The notes beneath the pieces are model-generated. The model had not been told where the DNA came from. It did no database searches and was given only the letters and a program-made list of their open reading frames with translations. DNA of 63,780 nucleotides, counting the filler, from Collodictyon triciliatum (taxonomy: Eukaryota): NCBI GenBank assembly GCA_043381765.1. It is 7 parts of 7 records of this genome, joined end to end, with 100 filler letters (N's around TTAATTAATTAA, not from the genome) between each part and the next. Parts side by side here need not be neighbours in the genome. Positions count along the whole stretch, not along the records: positions 55,627 to 60,587 come from JBHJMP010000314.1; positions 60,688 to 63,780 come from JBHJMP010000496.1; 5 more parts are not named here. One strand, 5' to 3'. Each line of letters begins with the position of its first letter. Position 1 is the first letter of the stretch. A program made the position numbers and the translations under genes. This document shows, one piece after another, positions 60,149-63,780 of this stretch.

Positions 60149-61330
60149 CATTCCTTGCATAGCCGCCCCACCTGACATGCTGCACTTTCTTCTTTTTCTT
60201 TATCTTTGTTTTCTACTGGTTTTTTTTTTATCTTTTTGATCAAACAAAGTTGATAGACAAAACACAACAGGAATAAAAACTCATTTGTATTTGTTTCTCA
60301 TACCCGCTACCCCTGATTTTTTTCCCACACTCCCTATTTTTTTTGTTTTTTTGTTTTGTGTTTTGTGTGCGCGTTATGTGGTGTCTGTTGCAACTCTCTT
60401 TCTGGGGGTGATCAATGCACAAGTTCTGGCAAATCGCAACGAAAACCAGACAGTACATACCAAAAAAAGACATCACTTCCCGAAACAAAAGCCAAGACAC
60501 CACCGCACTCGCAGCAGATGAATCAGAAAATTTTCAGCAACAAAAAACAGAATAAAAAACGAAAGGTGAAGGAATAAGAACCAAAAANNNNNNNNNNNNN
60601 NNNNNNNNNNNNNNNNNNNNNNNNNNNNNNNTTAATTAATTAANNNNNNNNNNNNNNNNNNNNNNNNNNNNNNNNNNNNNNNNNNNNATTGAATCAGGGC
60701 TATGTGGTATTTTGTCTGTGCATAAACAAAGTGGGTGATGTGATGGGATGACTATATGTGGGCGGGTCAGAGTTGCCTGGATTTATTCCAGTGTGGTGCC
60801 GTTGTAGAAAATAATAATAATGACAAAGCCAAAGTTTACTTCTTTTTCTTTTCTTGTTTCTTCTCAAAGCAAAAAGCAGCCGGTTTTTGTTCAAGTAGTG
60901 TCGAGGCTTGTACCTTTAAAATAATTGACTCGCCGCCCCAACTCTGCCCCGTCCTTCATGCGCAGCTTTTCGTGGGCGCGCAGGTAGAGAACAAGGGGTG
61001 TCCACTTGTTTTTAATCTCCATGCCTAGCCTATTCTTTTCGATTTGATCAGACCAACGAGTCTTTTTTTTGCTGTTTTGCTGTTTTTTTCTTTCGTTTTT
61101 TTATTTTGTCGGCTCCATTTGCTGCTGTGGCGTTGTGGCTCGATGGCCTACTTCTGTTTCCCTCTGCGCGCTTCATGTTTTTTTTACGATTGGAATCGGC
61201 TCCACTTTGCGAAAAGCTGTTTCTTTAATTTCCAGAATAGGGTAGGAGATATCAAAAGGCAGCAGGAACGACCCCGGAGCTTCCATCTTTATAAATAGAG
61301 GCTGGTGAACCGCCATGGGAAGAATATCAC

Positions 61331-62597
61331 ATGAACAAGACTTACAGAGGAACGCAGCCAATGTCGGGAATGGACAGAGTGCAGGCCAGTAAAACACTCA
61401 GCTACCTGCTTCGCCACCAAGCAGTCAAGGAAGGTCTGCCCATCAGGCCGGATGGATACGTACCGGTTGGCGCAGTTCTCCAACACCCATCAGTTGCCAG
61501 GCAACATATAAGCTTGTGAGAATCCTTTGCTGGTGGTCTTCCGCCTCTCCCTTTCTTCTCCATTCAAGTCGATTATCTAGTTGTGGAGAGATGATTAGCT
61601 GTTTTTGAATGTTCGTTCTATCAAGTGATGCACTCTTCTTCAGGGAAATCCTGCAATCCATCGTCTCGAACGACTCGAAACAAAGATACAGCCTCTTAAA
61701 TGAGGATGGGATTTTGTACATACGGGCGAATCAAGGCCACACACTACAAGTAAAAGAATGAAAGGCCATGATAGATAATTTTCGAGTCATAACATGAACC
61801 CCTAAATGCCAACACAATGCCACATGCATAGTTTGTTACTCAACCAAAACCCCCAATAGCTTGATGAAGAGCAACTCTTGACCGAAATACGAGACCCGTC
61901 GCGCTATCCCGTGGTAGTTCATGGGACCTACTTGTAAGGGGTTTCTTTTTTGGTTTCTTCTTGGAACATGTAATATTCTCTCTCGCAGTATCCACCCAGA
62001 TATCACGCATCCTGACATCATAGAGGCCAGAGTACCGATCAGGCAATATTCCAACCAAACCGACCTTAAAAACACACCTTTTGTAGACGTGCCTGGGAAT
62101 CAGTCAAGTTTTCAGGTCTTAGCCGAATGAAGCGCAATCACATACACTTTGCAAAGGGGCTTGTGGGGGATTCCAGTGTGAAAAGTGGTTTGTATGATAA
62201 AGTTCAATCTATATAACATCCAACTCAATTATTTCTGTTTTCCTGGGTCAATAAAATACCAATGATTATTGCAGGAATGCGATCAGATTGCCAGGTTTTC
62301 ATATATGTTGACATCGCAAGAGCCATGACAGGTCCACCTTCCTTTCTTTCTGTCTTTTTTTTAATATACTCTTCCGCTTTCCGCACCAATCAAACAACAA
62401 AGCAAGATGCTGATAAGCGACCCAGCATGTCTGCACACCCTCGCCTAACGGATTTCAATCAAAACAACATTCCAGATGGAATCCGATTCTTTGAATCATC
62501 CAACGGGGTTGTGTTGACCTCCGGACAAAACGGCGTCCTGCCACCCCAATATTTCCAGAAGGTTCTAGACAGGAACGGGCGAACTATATCCTATTGA
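61331..62597 (+). CDS. TPT1: tRNA 2'-phosphotransferase (Tpt1/KptA), multi-exon; start may lie further upstream
   Basis: [66 protein letters not shown]. Confidence 0.93.
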
Positions 62598-63228
62598 AGA
62601 CAACTTTTTTTATCAGAATAAAATGCCAATTTTAGCTACCATTCTAGTCTCCCTCAAGGTAGTTCTACATATGTGGAATCTACAAGCTATTTTTGGACAC
62701 GTACTGGTGACGCTTGATTGCATCATTCCAATGACGAGATCACTGATGGCTCGGGTGAGTTGCCTTGGAGATTTAAAAGTGCATGCGTTGCTTTCGTTCA
62801 AAGGGCTAATCCCACGAAATGGATGACACCCCCTCCATTTGAAAATCAAGGCTTTTGGATTACCCGTGTCTGTCATCCAACTAATCACTGAAACGAACCG
62901 GTTGCTTGACAAGGCATAAGGCACACACAAACGAAGGCCAGAAATCGAAAGCCCAAACACCCTTCATCTTCTTCTAGCTTTCGTGAACAACAAGAATAAT
63001 AATAATAAAAAAAAAAAGAGAAAGAAAAATAAATAAAATCAGCATCCCCTTCGACTGGAAAAACAAAGCAGGAGATATAAAAAAAATACAAAACAATAAT
63101 GATAATACTTAAACCCAAGCAAACATATGTATATGCATAACTGTAACATAGCAAAACAACGAAGCAGTTTCAATCATTCTGCCTTGCGCAAGATACCATA
63201 ACAAAAGGCGTCACCGATCACAAACAGA

Positions 63229-63491
63229 ATGATTCCGCAAGTCGACGCCTATCTGCCTCACCTTTCTGCCGAGCACGTCGCCATCCTACAAAAGCTTTGT
63301 GCATTGGGTCAAACAGTACGTGAATAAAACTTCCACTTTACCATGTTTTGATTTTTGCTTGCTACTTCTCTTCCCTTGAGCAACGCTTTCCAGTTTCCAT
63401 GGTTTTCTCAAAGCACGCTCTTACCTCATAGCATGTATTCAAAGGCTGGAGCGAAGGGCGTTTGGAGCAAGTCAAACGCTTCTGCGATCAG
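63229..63491 (+). CDS. Probable UDP-sugar pyrophosphorylase, first two exons (3' truncated)
   Basis: MIPQVDAYLPHLSAEHVAILQKLCALGQT|HVFKGWSEG..VKRFCDQ resembles the USP N-terminus (LS..Q..L...L...GQ.HLF..W.....K..FFDQ). Confidence 0.6.
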
Positions 63492-63685
63492 GTTCGGAGT
63501 ATTTCTTTTAACTTTTACATACTGCCTGGACTATTCCCGCACAAAAACCAATATTCCATGCTCTTTCATAGCCCTCCTCCTCTTCTTTTATAAAAGAGAA
63601 CATCCAGAAGACCCACTTTTCAGCTCACTCCCGCAGTGAAAGAGTTTGAGGGATAAGTTAAACCTTATCATAATTTACCCACTTT

Positions 63686-63780
63686 TTCTTTTCCTTTTCC
63701 TTTTCCTTTTCCTTTTCCTTTTCCTTTTCCTTTTCCTTTTCCTTTTCCTTTTCCTTTTCCTTTTCCTTTTCCTTTTCCTT
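63686..63780. repeat. (TTTTCC)n microsatellite
   Basis: Seen directly. Confidence 0.95.

Noticed and set aside
62613-62960. 115-aa minus-strand ORF between TPT1 and the USP-like gene
   Set aside because: It has no recognisable motif or convincing start and splice structure, so a call cannot be supported.

Overview
The window is AT-rich, intron-rich, microsatellite-dense eukaryotic DNA, probably from a flagellated protist (it carries HYDIN). It is not one locus: seven contigs are joined by N-padded TTAATTAATTAA linkers at 4466, 25232, 35356, 50061, 55571 and 60632, so adjacency across linkers has no biological meaning. Host genes are a multi-C2-domain protein, an M20A peptidase (PM20D1/CPS1-like), an MLO-family membrane protein, a divergent alpha-tubulin acetyltransferase, an S/D-rich orphan, p23, the 3' part of HYDIN with U1-C apparently nested inside it, an intronless GC-rich M12B metalloprotease, WDR11, CAMTA, a SMARCAL1-like helicase, Tpt1/KptA and the start of a UDP-sugar pyrophosphorylase. 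The main result is three diverged, pseudogenised copies, on three different contigs, of a ~2.9 kb element encoding a Fanzor1 (eukaryotic TnpB-family RNA-guided nuclease). Each copy has a conserved, multi-stem ~120 nt 3' region that is a candidate omegaRNA scaffold. Similarity stops sharply at a GAAA-loop hairpin followed by CTAG|T (TTCG|T in copy 2), which resembles a Helitron 3' terminus. A separate Helitron-type 3' end lies at 33910-33939. Exon boundaries were read by eye and are approximate.
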